From a virus (lineage: Duplodnaviria > Caudoviricetes): a stretch of 64,000 nucleotides of DNA. The translations under genes and the position numbers were made by a program. The notes beneath the pieces are model-generated. The model was not told the DNA's origin and did not search any database. It worked only from the letters and a program-made list of their open reading frames with translations. Shown here piece by piece: positions 37,506 to 48,049 of this stretch. The stretch lies in the IMG/VR virus record IMGVR_UViG_2595698517_000001, positions 64,001 through 128,000 of that record; one strand, 5' to 3'. The first letter of the stretch is position 1. Every line of letters starts with the position of its first letter.

Positions 37506-37652
37506 CTAGTTTCCAGTTATTTTGTCGTACAACCTAAGAATAAAAGCCATAGGGAGTAGTACAAACGTACACATAACTACTCCGAATAGGAAGTGCCAAA
37601 ACTTATCATAGTTCTTTCTTTGGTAGAAATCTCGAACCCGTAAATTCACCAT
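37506..37652 (-). CDS. small 1-TM protein, 48 aa (not in ORF track)
   Basis: MVNLRVRDF..FLFGVVMCTFVLLPMAFIL; coupled to primase stop. Confidence 0.55.
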   Translation of the reverse strand: MVNLRVRDFYQRKNYDKFWHFLFGVVMCTFVLLPMAFILRLYDKITGN

Positions 37653-38731
37653 TAGCTACCCTCCTTTATAGTCCATAGTCGCAACTTCAGTTCTCCTTCA
37701 CCATCAGCTAGAATAGCTTGTGAAATTAACTCATGTGCCTTGGCTTGCCCTAATTTATTGGCATCGTCATCAGTCGGGCTGTATACGTAATACACTGGTC
37801 TTTCAGGTTGCTTGGCGTGTATCATCTGTGATGTATCTATCATCTCTTTAGTGGCGTTTCGGTCAAGATACAAATAGATAGGTACGTATACTTTTGTTTT
37901 TTCAAGTAACAAGTCTACCTGCTCTGCTGTAATCTTCTTACCAAAGGTTGCTACACCTTCCTGACCGATTGTTAGTGCATCGAATACACCTTCCGATATG
38001 ACTATACGTTTACACTTTCTAGCGTTATTCAAATTAAAGATCACGTTCTTCTTTGAATACTCAGTTTCCTTTGCAGGAGCGTTAAACGATTTAATACTTG
38101 GGGATTGCTCGATACTACGAGTGTTCCAGTATAAAGGTTTACGCTTCTCATCGAATGTAAAGAATACAACATGATTGACAAGGATTAGCTTTCTTCCGTC
38201 TACCAGTTCTACTTCACCACGAGTAACGTAAGAAATGTTGTGTTCTTTAATCTGTTCAAGAGTTATACCCCTGCCATGTAAATACATAAAGAAGGGGTAC
38301 GCTTCAGGGTTATTAAAGTTATTAATTAATGTCTTACAGTTAGTTGGTGGTCTAGGGAATGTGTACCTAATCTTAGGTTGCTCTTCCTCTAACGGTGCCC
38401 CTCTTCTTTGAATGTATAATAGCAGTCGCTCTGACTCGGATAGATCAGCCCCGTATTGTGCTATCGTTGCATTCTGTTTCCTTTGTGCTTTTACATCATA
38501 ATCGTACATCTCTAGGATTTCTGCGGCTTCAGCAAAATCCACACCGTAGTATTTCATAACGAATGATACGGGGTTACCATCTTCCCCACAACGTTTACAC
38601 TGCCATAGACCTCTTCTATTTTCTACATACAGTTTGTATTTTGTGTTGCCACAGAATGGACAATTAAACCTGGTCTCATTACCTGCGGGTTTGCTGTCTC
38701 CTAGCTCTTGAATAAAAATGTCTAGGAACAT
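37652..38731 (-). CDS. dnaG: DNA primase
   Basis: CPFC..CKRC zinc finger, TOPRIM SEGVFDA, YLD. Confidence 0.92.
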   Translation of the reverse strand: MFLDIFIQELGDSKPAGNETRFNCPFCGNTKYKLYVENRRGLWQCKRCGEDGNPVSFVMKYYGVDFAEAAEILEMYDYDVKAQRKQNATIAQYGADLSESERLLLYIQRRGAPLEEEQPKIRYTFPRPPTNCKTLINNFNNPEAYPFFMYLHGRGITLEQIKEHNISYVTRGEVELVDGRKLILVNHVVFFTFDEKRKPLYWNTRSIEQSPSIKSFNAPAKETEYSKKNVIFNLNNARKCKRIVISEGVFDALTIGQEGVATFGKKITAEQVDLLLEKTKVYVPIYLYLDRNATKEMIDTSQMIHAKQPERPVYYVYSPTDDDANKLGQAKAHELISQAILADGEGELKLRLWTIKEGS

Positions 38732-38738
38732 ATGTGAC

Positions 38739-39335
38739 TTACTCCCCTTTAGTTAAAAGTTTTTTCATAAGCACAAGCATGTTATAAATTTCACCTAGTA
38801 GCTCAAGCTCTCCCAACTCAGAAGCTCTTGCACATCGGTAAATTTGCTTGTCCCACTCTTCTGTCTGTTGAACGGGTTGGTAGTTCTCTACCTTTGTTAT
38901 GTACTTTTCCATATAACGTTTTTCAATCTTTTCTTTTATGTATTGCATATGGTCAGATACAATTTCAAACCCTTCATTAACCTGGTTTAGGTCATAGTTG
39001 TCTGTAATTGTTGGAATACCCATGAAGCGGGCTTTCATTATAATCTGCACATTTCGTTTAAATACTGGTTCGTTATACGGTACGTCATCCTCAGTAATCG
39101 GCAGCTCCTTTGTGCGCTTGAGAATATCTGTCCCGTATACATTTCCTCGATCGTAATGCTTGTCCTGGACTAAATACATGTATTCCTTTGCAGCAGAGTA
39201 CTTATAGTAAAACCCCAGGTTAAAGGGGTACCAAAAATGAATATTCTTTTTTGGAATCAGGATCGTAACTGTCTCCTGGTCTGTTGTTGATAATTGTAGC
39301 TTAATGCCATGATCTAACACGCTAACTAATCTCAT
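38739..39335 (-). CDS. conserved protein in the position of the Gp67-type sigma-binding factor
   Basis: 198 aa from MRLVSV; between sbcC and primase. Confidence 0.5.
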   Translation of the reverse strand: MRLVSVLDHGIKLQLSTTDQETVTILIPKKNIHFWYPFNLGFYYKYSAAKEYMYLVQDKHYDRGNVYGTDILKRTKELPITEDDVPYNEPVFKRNVQIIMKARFMGIPTITDNYDLNQVNEGFEIVSDHMQYIKEKIEKRYMEKYITKVENYQPVQQTEEWDKQIYRCARASELGELELLGEIYNMLVLMKKLLTKGE

Positions 39336-41223
39336 GTGTGTTCTTTCCTTCCTGTAATGTTGAGATACCATTGGCATCCTTCACAACTGTGATAACCTTC
39401 TCAAACAATGCTTTAAAGTGAGCATTGTGTGTAATTACGAATATTGTTCCTACCTTTTTCACTCGTTCACGTAATAGCGCTACTGCGTTCTCTACACCGA
39501 TCTCATCTAACCCGTCAAACACTTCGTCATATACGGTAAGGTTTGTGTATTCAAGAACTAAGTCTTGTAGTGCTAAGGAGATGGCTAAGTCCGCTCGTTT
39601 ACGTTCTCCGTCCGAGTTTGCCTTGTAGTTATCTCCGCCCGCTCTATTCGTAAGCTGTACATCGAACTTCTCAGTGTATCCGCCACCTTTTTTAGGTGTT
39701 TGTGTACTGAATTTAAGTTCCATATTACTTCCTGATAATTGAGCTAAGTACTTGTTACCATTTTCGTTTAGCTTTGGCGTAACTAAATCCAATACGTGAG
39801 ACTTAACTCCTTCATTCGAATACATCTTAACAGCAGTCTCTAATTTAATTTTATCCTTCTCTAAGGCTACCAGGTCGTGTTTAGCGGCTGTAATCTTAGT
39901 TCGAATAGCTTCCCTATCCTTATCTCTTGGCTGCGGCTCAGGGATCGCTAGAAGGTTGTTAAGGTTACGATTGATAATCGCTTCCTTGTCTTTAAGAGCC
40001 TGTAATGTGCTTGTGTATCTTTGTATGTATTGTTCTCTCTTCTGAATCTCGTTTGCCACTTCTTGGTAAGCTGCTAAAGCGTTGTCATAAATCGCTTTCT
40101 TTTCCAAGTATGTATTGTATAACTCTTGGTACACAGATTCTTGTTTTGTAAGTACCTGGTTCAGTGTATGTAATTCAATCATTAACTGTCGTACCTGTTC
40201 TTTAATAGAAGCCATTTCTTTTTCCCTATGAGTAGGGTCAAGTAGACTTCCACATATCGGACAGTTCGTATCTAAGCTTAACTTCTTATAATTCTTCACT
40301 AGCTCCTCTTTTCTTCGAGTCGCATTAGCAATTTCATTTTTCGTAACCATTACTTGTTGCTGTGCCTGAGCTACTTCAGTTTGATACGTAGAGATGTTGA
40401 TAGTATTCATTGTATCTTTTTTCTCCGTAAGCTCTGCTATATCTTCTTTTGCTTTCTCTACAATAGGGAAGTGCTTTGCGGGGAAATCGTGTAGCTCTTT
40501 GATGGCTGCCGCTAGGTTTTTCTGTTCTTGTTGAATCAGGTTACGTGTGTTTTGGTAGTGCTGTGCGTCCTGTTGTTCTAAAGTATCAACTTGTCCTAGT
40601 TGCCACTCTAACTTTTCCATCTCGTTTTTCTTTGCTAGAATTTCCGCATCCTTCGCTTTCACACGATCCTTAGCTACTGCTTGCGCTATGGAATAAATGT
40701 CTAAGTTTAGGATACTGTCTAACACTTCTTTCTTACGTGAATCAGGAAGTAATGCGAATGCTCCTAATCCGTCAGCCTTCTGTGCAAATAAGATACTGTT
40801 TACAAATGTTGTATACGGAAGTCCAACTATATCCTCAATCAATTTGTTTGTAGCAGGTGCAGTATCGGCTGTAATTTCTTTGTTGTTACAGAATAACTTT
40901 ACTTTGTTCTTATATGTAGAATGTTTTCGGTATCGTTCAATACGGTAGGTATCGTCACCTTTAACACCTTCTAAAATAACTGCTGTGTTCTTACCAATCT
41001 TGTTATTGATTACTTCGTCTGCCTGTAACCCTTTAGTCGTTACATTATAAATAACATACGATAGAGCATCAGGAACAAGCGTACTCTTACCTGAACCATT
41101 ACTCTTAAACTTCGGGTCGCTGTTATTTATCCCTTCGATCAGAACTAATCCTTGGTTGTCTAGTTCCAGTTCTGCTTCGTTAATGGCTAAAAAGTTTTTG
41201 ACAGTTAACTTTGTCCACTTCAT
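39322..41223 (-). CDS. sbcC: SbcC/Rad50 (gp46-like) ATPase
   Basis: NGSGKS, CPIC hook, SDGE, YDEVFDGLD, ITH. Confidence 0.93.
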   Translation of the reverse strand: MKWTKLTVKNFLAINEAELELDNQGLVLIEGINNSDPKFKSNGSGKSTLVPDALSYVIYNVTTKGLQADEVINNKIGKNTAVILEGVKGDDTYRIERYRKHSTYKNKVKLFCNNKEITADTAPATNKLIEDIVGLPYTTFVNSILFAQKADGLGAFALLPDSRKKEVLDSILNLDIYSIAQAVAKDRVKAKDAEILAKKNEMEKLEWQLGQVDTLEQQDAQHYQNTRNLIQQEQKNLAAAIKELHDFPAKHFPIVEKAKEDIAELTEKKDTMNTINISTYQTEVAQAQQQVMVTKNEIANATRRKEELVKNYKKLSLDTNCPICGSLLDPTHREKEMASIKEQVRQLMIELHTLNQVLTKQESVYQELYNTYLEKKAIYDNALAAYQEVANEIQKREQYIQRYTSTLQALKDKEAIINRNLNNLLAIPEPQPRDKDREAIRTKITAAKHDLVALEKDKIKLETAVKMYSNEGVKSHVLDLVTPKLNENGNKYLAQLSGSNMELKFSTQTPKKGGGYTEKFDVQLTNRAGGDNYKANSDGERKRADLAISLALQDLVLEYTNLTVYDEVFDGLDEIGVENAVALLRERVKKVGTIFVITHNAHFKALFEKVITVVKDANGISTLQEGKNTHEIS

Positions 41224-41268
41224 GGTTGTCCTCCTTCTAACTAGGTGTGTATACAGTTCTGTAGCATC

Positions 41269-41297
41269 ATTGTATCATTTGACCTATTTTATGTCAA
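41269..41297 (-). promoter_or_regulatory. sigma-A promoter
   Basis: TTGACA-17-TACAAT; terminator hairpin at 41301-41329. Confidence 0.75.
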
Positions 41298-41340
41298 CAC
41301 AAAAAGGAGGTATTATAGGCATACCTCCTAAATTTTCTGA

Positions 41341-42417
41341 CTATTTTCTCATCGCTTCGTTTAGTATGTCTAGAGCTAGGTCTACTATCTCAGGAGCATA
41401 CTCTTTCGCATAAGCTTCCACGATCTCTTTCTCACTTGAAGTAACCGCAATATTAATACGGGTTTCAGTGTGATACTCTTTCTTTATTTCCAATCGGACA
41501 TTATCTGTACTCTCCTTGAACACTGCGACTTCTGTAGCTAACTCCTGCGGCAGGATCAAACGTACATAGTTATTATCGACAATCTCCTGGATGTTATCAG
41601 GGATGTGGTCAAGCGTAATGAACTTCTTATTTTCGATAGGGATAAACTCAGGTTTACCGATAGTGTCTACATCAAGTCTAAACACACCTTTATCTTGTCC
41701 CTCATCTGAAAAGCTTGCTTGTATCGGGTTGCCCGAGTAGAACATATTGTCTGTTCCACCTAAGAACTGTCGCTTATGATAATGTCCTAAAGCTACATAT
41801 GTAAACACATTCGGATAAAGGTCTCCTAGTTGGAATGCTCCTTCTAATCGGTGACTGTATCTCCCTGTTTCACTACCGTCTACTCCCAAGTGCCCGACTA
41901 AGATCGTAGGTTCTTCGCATGTCTTCGCATGTTCCGCAAACTCTTTAATCTTCGTCTTTGCCATTGCTACATCATCCGAGTATGACACAGGATAAATCAT
42001 ACATGAGCCTGTATGAACTGGTTTAAAATCATCCAGGATAGTTACCCTTGGGATCGTTCTAAACGTTCTCAAGCTGTGTTCAGGGATCGGTGAGTTATCC
42101 TTTTGGTCGTGGTTCCCGACTATCATGTACATATTAATGTTTGGGTAGCGCATCATATTCTCATAGATGGTATCGAAACCTAAGTTAAATACTAATGTCG
42201 GTATTCGGTTACGTGCATGGAAAAAGTCCCCATCAAATAAAATGTCTGCATCGTTTTCATTAGCGATAGCAAATATCTTATTTAAGGTTTCTATCTGTGC
42301 CACCAGGCGGTCAGTTAGTTCCATCTCCCTACCGAAGAAGTTGTATGTCATCGGCTTGGCGTAGTCCTCAAAGTTATGTAAATGAAAATCAGCGAAATTA
42401 ATAAGATTGCGTCCCAT
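41341..42417 (-). CDS. sbcD: SbcD/Mre11 (gp47-like) nuclease
   Basis: DFH, GDFFH, GNHD, GHYH. Confidence 0.93.
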   Translation of the reverse strand: MGRNLINFADFHLHNFEDYAKPMTYNFFGREMELTDRLVAQIETLNKIFAIANENDADILFDGDFFHARNRIPTLVFNLGFDTIYENMMRYPNINMYMIVGNHDQKDNSPIPEHSLRTFRTIPRVTILDDFKPVHTGSCMIYPVSYSDDVAMAKTKIKEFAEHAKTCEEPTILVGHLGVDGSETGRYSHRLEGAFQLGDLYPNVFTYVALGHYHKRQFLGGTDNMFYSGNPIQASFSDEGQDKGVFRLDVDTIGKPEFIPIENKKFITLDHIPDNIQEIVDNNYVRLILPQELATEVAVFKESTDNVRLEIKKEYHTETRINIAVTSSEKEIVEAYAKEYAPEIVDLALDILNEAMRK

Positions 42418-43887
42418 TTAGTTTGCTCCCCTCATGTTCTGTATGGACTGATTGATTTCTTCTGCGTAGTTTGGCATCTGTGTATTGTCTTGCTTACCCT
42501 TACGCTTGTTCTTAAACATTGCGTCCCGTGCGTCATCTATCGACTCAAGAATAGCTAAATGCTCGTTCTTTTCTTGTTCCGACTTGTAGTTACGTACGGT
42601 TTGGGCACTACCTACAACCTTCAGCCCTATCATCTTATCAAACTGTCCTTCAGGAGGGTTACGGAGCTTGTCCGCATATAATCGAACGAATCCTGCTCTA
42701 AACTCTTCGTCAGACTGCTGTACTGCCAGGATTAACTCCGCAGCATTCTTCTTACGAAGTGAACCTTCCATATTTTCAGAGGTACGGATTGTTGCACTGT
42801 AAGCTGTACGGTTCATCTGAGCTGCTGTCCACATTACCACATTATACTCTTGTCCGATACGTCTCATCTCTTCGAATAAACGTCCACCATCTTCTGCTTC
42901 ATTACCTGTAGCGTTTGGGTTACGAAGTAATTCAGGATAGTCAATGATAACAACGTCAAGGTCAATACCCCAACGAATCTTAACATCCGAGATTAACTGT
43001 TCAATCTTCGCAGGTGTGATCGTACGTGGGGAGTAACGAGCAAAGAACAAGTTACCAAAGTGTTGTCGGTTTTGTTTAATAAATTCTTGGTTCTTATTAA
43101 ACTCTACCTGGTTTAAAGCATTACCTGTTAGAATCTGACTTCTGTTTCTACGTAATAATGATTGCTCTAACTTTAGAAGCATTCGGTTCTCTAATTCCTC
43201 TAGGGCAATGAAGAGAACATTATACTTATTCTTCGTATAGTTGGTAGCTAAGTTCGTCAGGATTAATGTTTTACCAGTACCTGAAGCGGCTACCACCATA
43301 CCTAACTCCCCTTTTGCTAACCCCCCATTATTAAGATGGTCAATGTCAGCAAAGCCTGTAGGAATCATATTTTGGTACAACGTAGATAAAGATGTTCGTT
43401 TGTATTCTGTATCGTCTAGGACGTTAATGATTTCATCACGTTTACCTGTAATGTTAAGTAAGAGAATCTGCTTAAACTCTTCTGCCGCCTTATCCATATA
43501 AGACGGGTTCTCTAAGTTCATTGCTACTTTAGTCATCCAGTCGATTTGCATTGCTTTACGAATATGCAACTCAATGTTTTCATCGATAACAGAATCGTCT
43601 GTATTATCTCTAACCTTATACAGCTCATGAATCTTATCAAAGTACTTCTGCTGTTCTTCTGCATCCTTCCGCATTCGGTCTAGCTTGGTTTGGGTTAGTG
43701 TAAGGAATGCGTCTTCATTTAAAATGTTACGGTTCGTTTGATAGTACCTCTTGATAATCCCAACTAACTCCTTGTATTCCTGGGAGCTGTTAAATACCGA
43801 TAGCGGGATAATAGGTAGAACCTCCTTCGAAAACGAGGGAGATTCAATAGCCTTTCTTAAAATCTGTTTCATAATAGGGGTTTCCAT
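42418..43887 (-). CDS. dnaB: DnaB-like replicative helicase
   Basis: AASGTGKT, ALEE, IIDY, AAQMNR, KLRN. Confidence 0.92.
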   Translation of the reverse strand: METPIMKQILRKAIESPSFSKEVLPIIPLSVFNSSQEYKELVGIIKRYYQTNRNILNEDAFLTLTQTKLDRMRKDAEEQQKYFDKIHELYKVRDNTDDSVIDENIELHIRKAMQIDWMTKVAMNLENPSYMDKAAEEFKQILLLNITGKRDEIINVLDDTEYKRTSLSTLYQNMIPTGFADIDHLNNGGLAKGELGMVVAASGTGKTLILTNLATNYTKNKYNVLFIALEELENRMLLKLEQSLLRRNRSQILTGNALNQVEFNKNQEFIKQNRQHFGNLFFARYSPRTITPAKIEQLISDVKIRWGIDLDVVIIDYPELLRNPNATGNEAEDGGRLFEEMRRIGQEYNVVMWTAAQMNRTAYSATIRTSENMEGSLRKKNAAELILAVQQSDEEFRAGFVRLYADKLRNPPEGQFDKMIGLKVVGSAQTVRNYKSEQEKNEHLAILESIDDARDAMFKNKRKGKQDNTQMPNYAEEINQSIQNMRGAN

Positions 43888-44058
43888 CTAGCGTTCCCCC
43901 CTAAGTAGACGGATACGTTCTGACGGGGTTTCTTTTTCTCCCTGTATTCTATCGATTGTTAACTCAAGCGCCTTCAAGTATCTTGCTCTTTGTCGTGCTT
44001 CATACCGTTCACCTTGAAGTTTTTTGTGACTTCCTTTTCTTCTTGACCTTACTGCCAT
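43888..44058 (-). CDS. small basic protein, 56 aa (not in ORF track)
   Basis: MAVRSRRKGSHKKLQGERY...; GAGGAGGAG RBS; promoter TTTACA-17-TATACT at 44092-44120. Confidence 0.65.
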   Translation of the reverse strand: MAVRSRRKGSHKKLQGERYEARQRARYLKALELTIDRIQGEKETPSERIRLLRGER

Positions 44059-44131
44059 ATCATGCTCCTCCTCTAATGATGACTGTACATCAGTATATCA
44101 TGATTGCACTGCTCTGTAAACCGAGCTGTAA

Positions 44132-45796
44132 CTAATTAAAAAACTCTTCCAGTAGGTCATCTACTGATTGCTTCTCTTCTACTTTACCTTCTAGCTCCCA
44201 GGTTTTCTTGTTTGTAATGTCGTTATGATCTATCTCTTCACTATCTACCTTGTCTATAAATTTAACTATTTGGTCTACATCTAGCATAGAAAATTCATCC
44301 ACAGGTACTTTTTCTTTACCGTATTCCTTGAATGCTTCTTGTATGTCTGCTAACGATAAATACACACCTTGGAACTCCATGATTAGTCGTAGTACATCGT
44401 AGGTCTCTTCTAAAGCAATCATGCGGTAGTATAAGTCAAAACCTAGTTTCTTTTGGTTAGCTACTGTTTCTGTTGGGTGCGCTAATCGCCCTAGAGCCCA
44501 TTCGTATTTCCATCGTACAGGGTTCACTGGTGTAGCTTCTCGTTTAATCGTTGCTAACATAATCTGTGTCATTTCTGAGCCCAGGATGACATGCTCAGGG
44601 AGATTCTGTGACCCGCCAGTTTGGATAAGGGATTGCAACATAACGAACTTCTTAATAGTGTTTCGAGTTTTAAATGAAACCTCTTTAGCTCGAAGGTTCT
44701 CGTTTGTTATGTCATAGAAGTCTAGTAATGCACATTCTGTATCACCGAAACCTTCTTCCTTAAAGAAGTCTGTAATTGCTGCTCTATAATGCCATAACCC
44801 TTTTCCTTTTGTTCTTTCATCGTAACCGTCACGAATAGCACGAACTACAAAGTCATTGACGAACTTTGCAGGAATCTGTTGGACTGATCTAAACGTAGTG
44901 CTGTACTTTTGTTGGAATCCGCAATATTGGGCGAACACTTCATAAGAGGTGTCACTAATTAAAGCATTAACGAATGGAAGTACTTTTTTGCTCCTCTTCG
45001 TAACTGCGTCAAAGATAGAACGGTTAAATTGTGCGGAAAGGTATACAGCGGGGTCGATTCCGTTTTCGTCACAGAACTCACGGAACTTTTCAAATTGTGA
45101 CCACCTAACAGAGCCATAGAATCGCTCAGGCAATACATCATATTGTTCACTAATCATTTGTACTTCGGGTGCGTCCTTCAAACCACTACGTACGTCTATG
45201 TTATGTTGGTCTGTAAATAGGACTGCATAACGATTGTATAAACGAGACAATAAGTATGTACGGTAGTCGTCTACAGGATTCTCCAATTGTTCGAACCAGT
45301 TCCAGTTCGGCTTACCACCTAAAGCTTCTAAACGATCGTTAATTTCGTCAATATTATTTTGGTGTTTTTTCTGTAGTAACTGAGCTTCTAACATTTGTTG
45401 TTTTGTTCTACGACTACGCTTGTTTTCTTTCTTTGGTTTTTTCTTAGTTGGAATCTTCTTTTCCAGTACATCGTCAATAGAGATTGGTTCTTCTGAATTG
45501 ACCAATGCCTTGTCAGATGTTTCAAAACGAATAAGAGCAGAGTTGAACATGATTACGGTTCCACCGCCACGTCCACGCTTACCCTTTAACTGGATTATCT
45601 TTCGACTCTCCAACTCTTTCAAATAACGAGAGGTTGTCCGAATATCCTTACCGAAGTCCTCAGACAACTCTCTCTTTGTAAATGTTAATACGTATTCACT
45701 TGCTTGTTTTGCCTTCTCAACTAGCTTTGTTAAAAAGTCTAATACTTTAGGCTTAATGTCTACAACAGATGATTCTAGGTACACACCGTACTCCAT
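44132..45796 (-). CDS. winged-HTH Rep-like / origin-binding protein (putative)
   Basis: TKRELSEDFGKDIRTTSRYLKEL..GKRGRGGG; lies between two helicases. Confidence 0.7.
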   Translation of the reverse strand: MEYGVYLESSVVDIKPKVLDFLTKLVEKAKQASEYVLTFTKRELSEDFGKDIRTTSRYLKELESRKIIQLKGKRGRGGGTVIMFNSALIRFETSDKALVNSEEPISIDDVLEKKIPTKKKPKKENKRSRRTKQQMLEAQLLQKKHQNNIDEINDRLEALGGKPNWNWFEQLENPVDDYRTYLLSRLYNRYAVLFTDQHNIDVRSGLKDAPEVQMISEQYDVLPERFYGSVRWSQFEKFREFCDENGIDPAVYLSAQFNRSIFDAVTKRSKKVLPFVNALISDTSYEVFAQYCGFQQKYSTTFRSVQQIPAKFVNDFVVRAIRDGYDERTKGKGLWHYRAAITDFFKEEGFGDTECALLDFYDITNENLRAKEVSFKTRNTIKKFVMLQSLIQTGGSQNLPEHVILGSEMTQIMLATIKREATPVNPVRWKYEWALGRLAHPTETVANQKKLGFDLYYRMIALEETYDVLRLIMEFQGVYLSLADIQEAFKEYGKEKVPVDEFSMLDVDQIVKFIDKVDSEEIDHNDITNKKTWELEGKVEEKQSVDDLLEEFFN

Positions 45797-45883
45797 ACTA
45801 GTTCCTCCTTGTGTTATTTCCTTACATTCCGTAGTTTATAACTCTATTATAACACAGACTGTAGTTCTGTAAACCCGATGATG

Positions 45884-47659
45884 CTACTCCCCAAGCATCT
45901 TCACATCGAAGCTCTCATTTTGGTAAATCTTAAGACGTTCTTTACTGTGTGACAACAGATGTTTATTTGTCATATCGTAGAAGTCAAATACCAAGACTGT
46001 ATTTCCATCGATACCATTAAGACGTAATCCACGACCGATACGCTGTAGGTTCTGACGTAAGCTTTTGTTACCACCTGACATCAGCAGCATACCGATACTC
46101 TTAATGTCAACCCCCTGGTCAAGGATACTCGATGCAATTAGTACTCGGGATTCCTTTGTACTAAATCTGCGTAGGTATTCGTCACGATCTTCCATATCTA
46201 AGCTACCGTGTGTGAAGTCACTATCGAAACCAAATTCCTCTTTGAGAATCTTTTGGATTCGCTCCCCGTGCTCAATATGGTTTACACTAATAAGCACCCC
46301 ACCTGGTCGGTTACGTAAATACCAACTTGCAGTTTGGGCAATGATTCTGTTCCGTGCATCGTTTTCCGTAATACCTTTCTTGTATGCTTCCAGGTAGTTA
46401 CCAACAAGCTCAATGTCTCTCGGCTCGGATATAGGTATCATACGAATAACTGGTTTAGATGAAACACCTTGTCCAATTAAGTACTCGTTCGATACTTTGA
46501 ATAGGTCGCTACCGTATACACACTGCATACGTTGCCACAGCATTTTATTCTTTTGGTCTACGGTACCTGTTAATGCAATACGGTACTGTGCATTCGGTAA
46601 CTGAGTCATTGTATCAAATACAGTTGCTCCGTTAATCTCGTGCGCTTCGTCCTGGATCGCTACTCGAACAGATTCCATAAACTCTTTCACTTCTTTAAAC
46701 TTCTTATACTTCTTTTTGTTCTTCTTTTCCATAATCTTATCGAACTCGACCACATATTTATTGAGCTGCATCTGAGCGCCTTTATCTGTGAATCGTTGGT
46801 CGTAAGCTATGTACATTAGCTGCTCTTCTGAGTCCTTCCATACTCGTGTATCCAGGTTACAGTTCTTCAGATAATTACGAATAAGCTGTCTTGTATTCAC
46901 TGTATTTCGGAACTTAGGTGTAATCTCTTCTGCAATGAATTTGATAACCCGTTCCTTTGGTGTGAAGCTAATACCTTTCTTCGGGTCTTTTAATGCACTT
47001 GCTAATGTCGGGATCATAACGAACACGATCTTCTTATTCTTGATGTCAAATTTACCGTCACCGATTTTACCGATGTCCTTCTCCTTCAGGTTCAAACGTT
47101 TACGTACACGCTCTGCCCCCTGGTGGAAAATCTCTTTCGAGTTACAGAAGAATGCTAATCGTTCCCCTCGTTTTACATGCGGCATTAGCTGCTGCATAAT
47201 ACCTGAAGCACATTCTGTTTTTCCTGCATTCGTTGCAAGATTCAGAATTTGCACTTGAGATTCTAGCGCTTTCTTAACCGCATTGTACTGGTATGGTCGT
47301 AACGTAATTGGTTCTTCGTCACCGTTACCTAACACAATCTGTTCATCCATGCTGTCATGATGCATAATCTGAGGAGGTCGAACATCTTCAATCTCGTAAG
47401 CAAGCATCGGGTACTGGTCTTTTAATGCACGCATACCGTCCATGAATTGAGGAAGTAGCCCTGTAAGGAACTTATCTTCTTTCTTGTCATAGAAGTCCGT
47501 GATACCGTCCCAATGTCCTGCTTTGTATGAAGGTGAATGGAAAGCGCTATCCTCTTTAATACCCATCTTAATGTGCATCATTGCTTGCACTTTCTCTCGA
47601 AGTAACGTGTTTCCTTGGAAGTCTACGTGGGTATACATTATGTCTACAATAACTTTCAT
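45884..47659 (-). CDS. SF2 DNA helicase (UvsW-like)
   Basis: LRPYQ, ATNAGKT, DEAH, TGT, QRIGRGLR. Confidence 0.93.
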   Translation of the reverse strand: MKVIVDIMYTHVDFQGNTLLREKVQAMMHIKMGIKEDSAFHSPSYKAGHWDGITDFYDKKEDKFLTGLLPQFMDGMRALKDQYPMLAYEIEDVRPPQIMHHDSMDEQIVLGNGDEEPITLRPYQYNAVKKALESQVQILNLATNAGKTECASGIMQQLMPHVKRGERLAFFCNSKEIFHQGAERVRKRLNLKEKDIGKIGDGKFDIKNKKIVFVMIPTLASALKDPKKGISFTPKERVIKFIAEEITPKFRNTVNTRQLIRNYLKNCNLDTRVWKDSEEQLMYIAYDQRFTDKGAQMQLNKYVVEFDKIMEKKNKKKYKKFKEVKEFMESVRVAIQDEAHEINGATVFDTMTQLPNAQYRIALTGTVDQKNKMLWQRMQCVYGSDLFKVSNEYLIGQGVSSKPVIRMIPISEPRDIELVGNYLEAYKKGITENDARNRIIAQTASWYLRNRPGGVLISVNHIEHGERIQKILKEEFGFDSDFTHGSLDMEDRDEYLRRFSTKESRVLIASSILDQGVDIKSIGMLLMSGGNKSLRQNLQRIGRGLRLNGIDGNTVLVFDFYDMTNKHLLSHSKERLKIYQNESFDVKMLGE

Positions 47660-47714
47660 GTATGTAATTACATCCTCTCACTGGTGTATGGCTTGATACA
47701 CAGTGAACTGCTGC

Positions 47715-47987
47715 TTAAAATTCTATGTCGTCAAACATTACTGAATTAAACTTAAGGAATGGATAACCTACAAACTCTACTTCCGAACTCCAAGCGCTAA
47801 CATAAATTTCTTGTACAGTCAGAATCTGACCTTCTTTGAAGTGCAGGTTAGCTTGCTTTCTGTCGTGGTCAGTTCCCCCTGTGTTCGTATACTTGACTAA
47901 CCTACCATGAGGTGGTGTGTCACTTCCATGCCTTTCCTTGCCAAGGAAGTTATACATGTTGATTCCACCGCTGATACTCATACTCAT
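47715..47987 (-). CDS. hypothetical protein
   Basis: 90-aa ORF; promoter TTGTGG-17-TATAAT at 48020-48048. Confidence 0.7.
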   Translation of the reverse strand: MSMSISGGINMYNFLGKERHGSDTPPHGRLVKYTNTGGTDHDRKQANLHFKEGQILTVQEIYVSAWSSEVEFVGYPFLKFNSVMFDDIEF

Positions 47988-48049
47988 TTGCTTTCCTCCT
48001 CTTAAGTTATTAGATGTATATTATACACCTTTCTATATCTTACCACAAT

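Noticed and set aside
18921-47659. Introns or inteins in recA, polA, nrdA/B or the helicases
   Set aside because: All are continuous ORFs with no intein termini or embedded endonuclease motifs seen.
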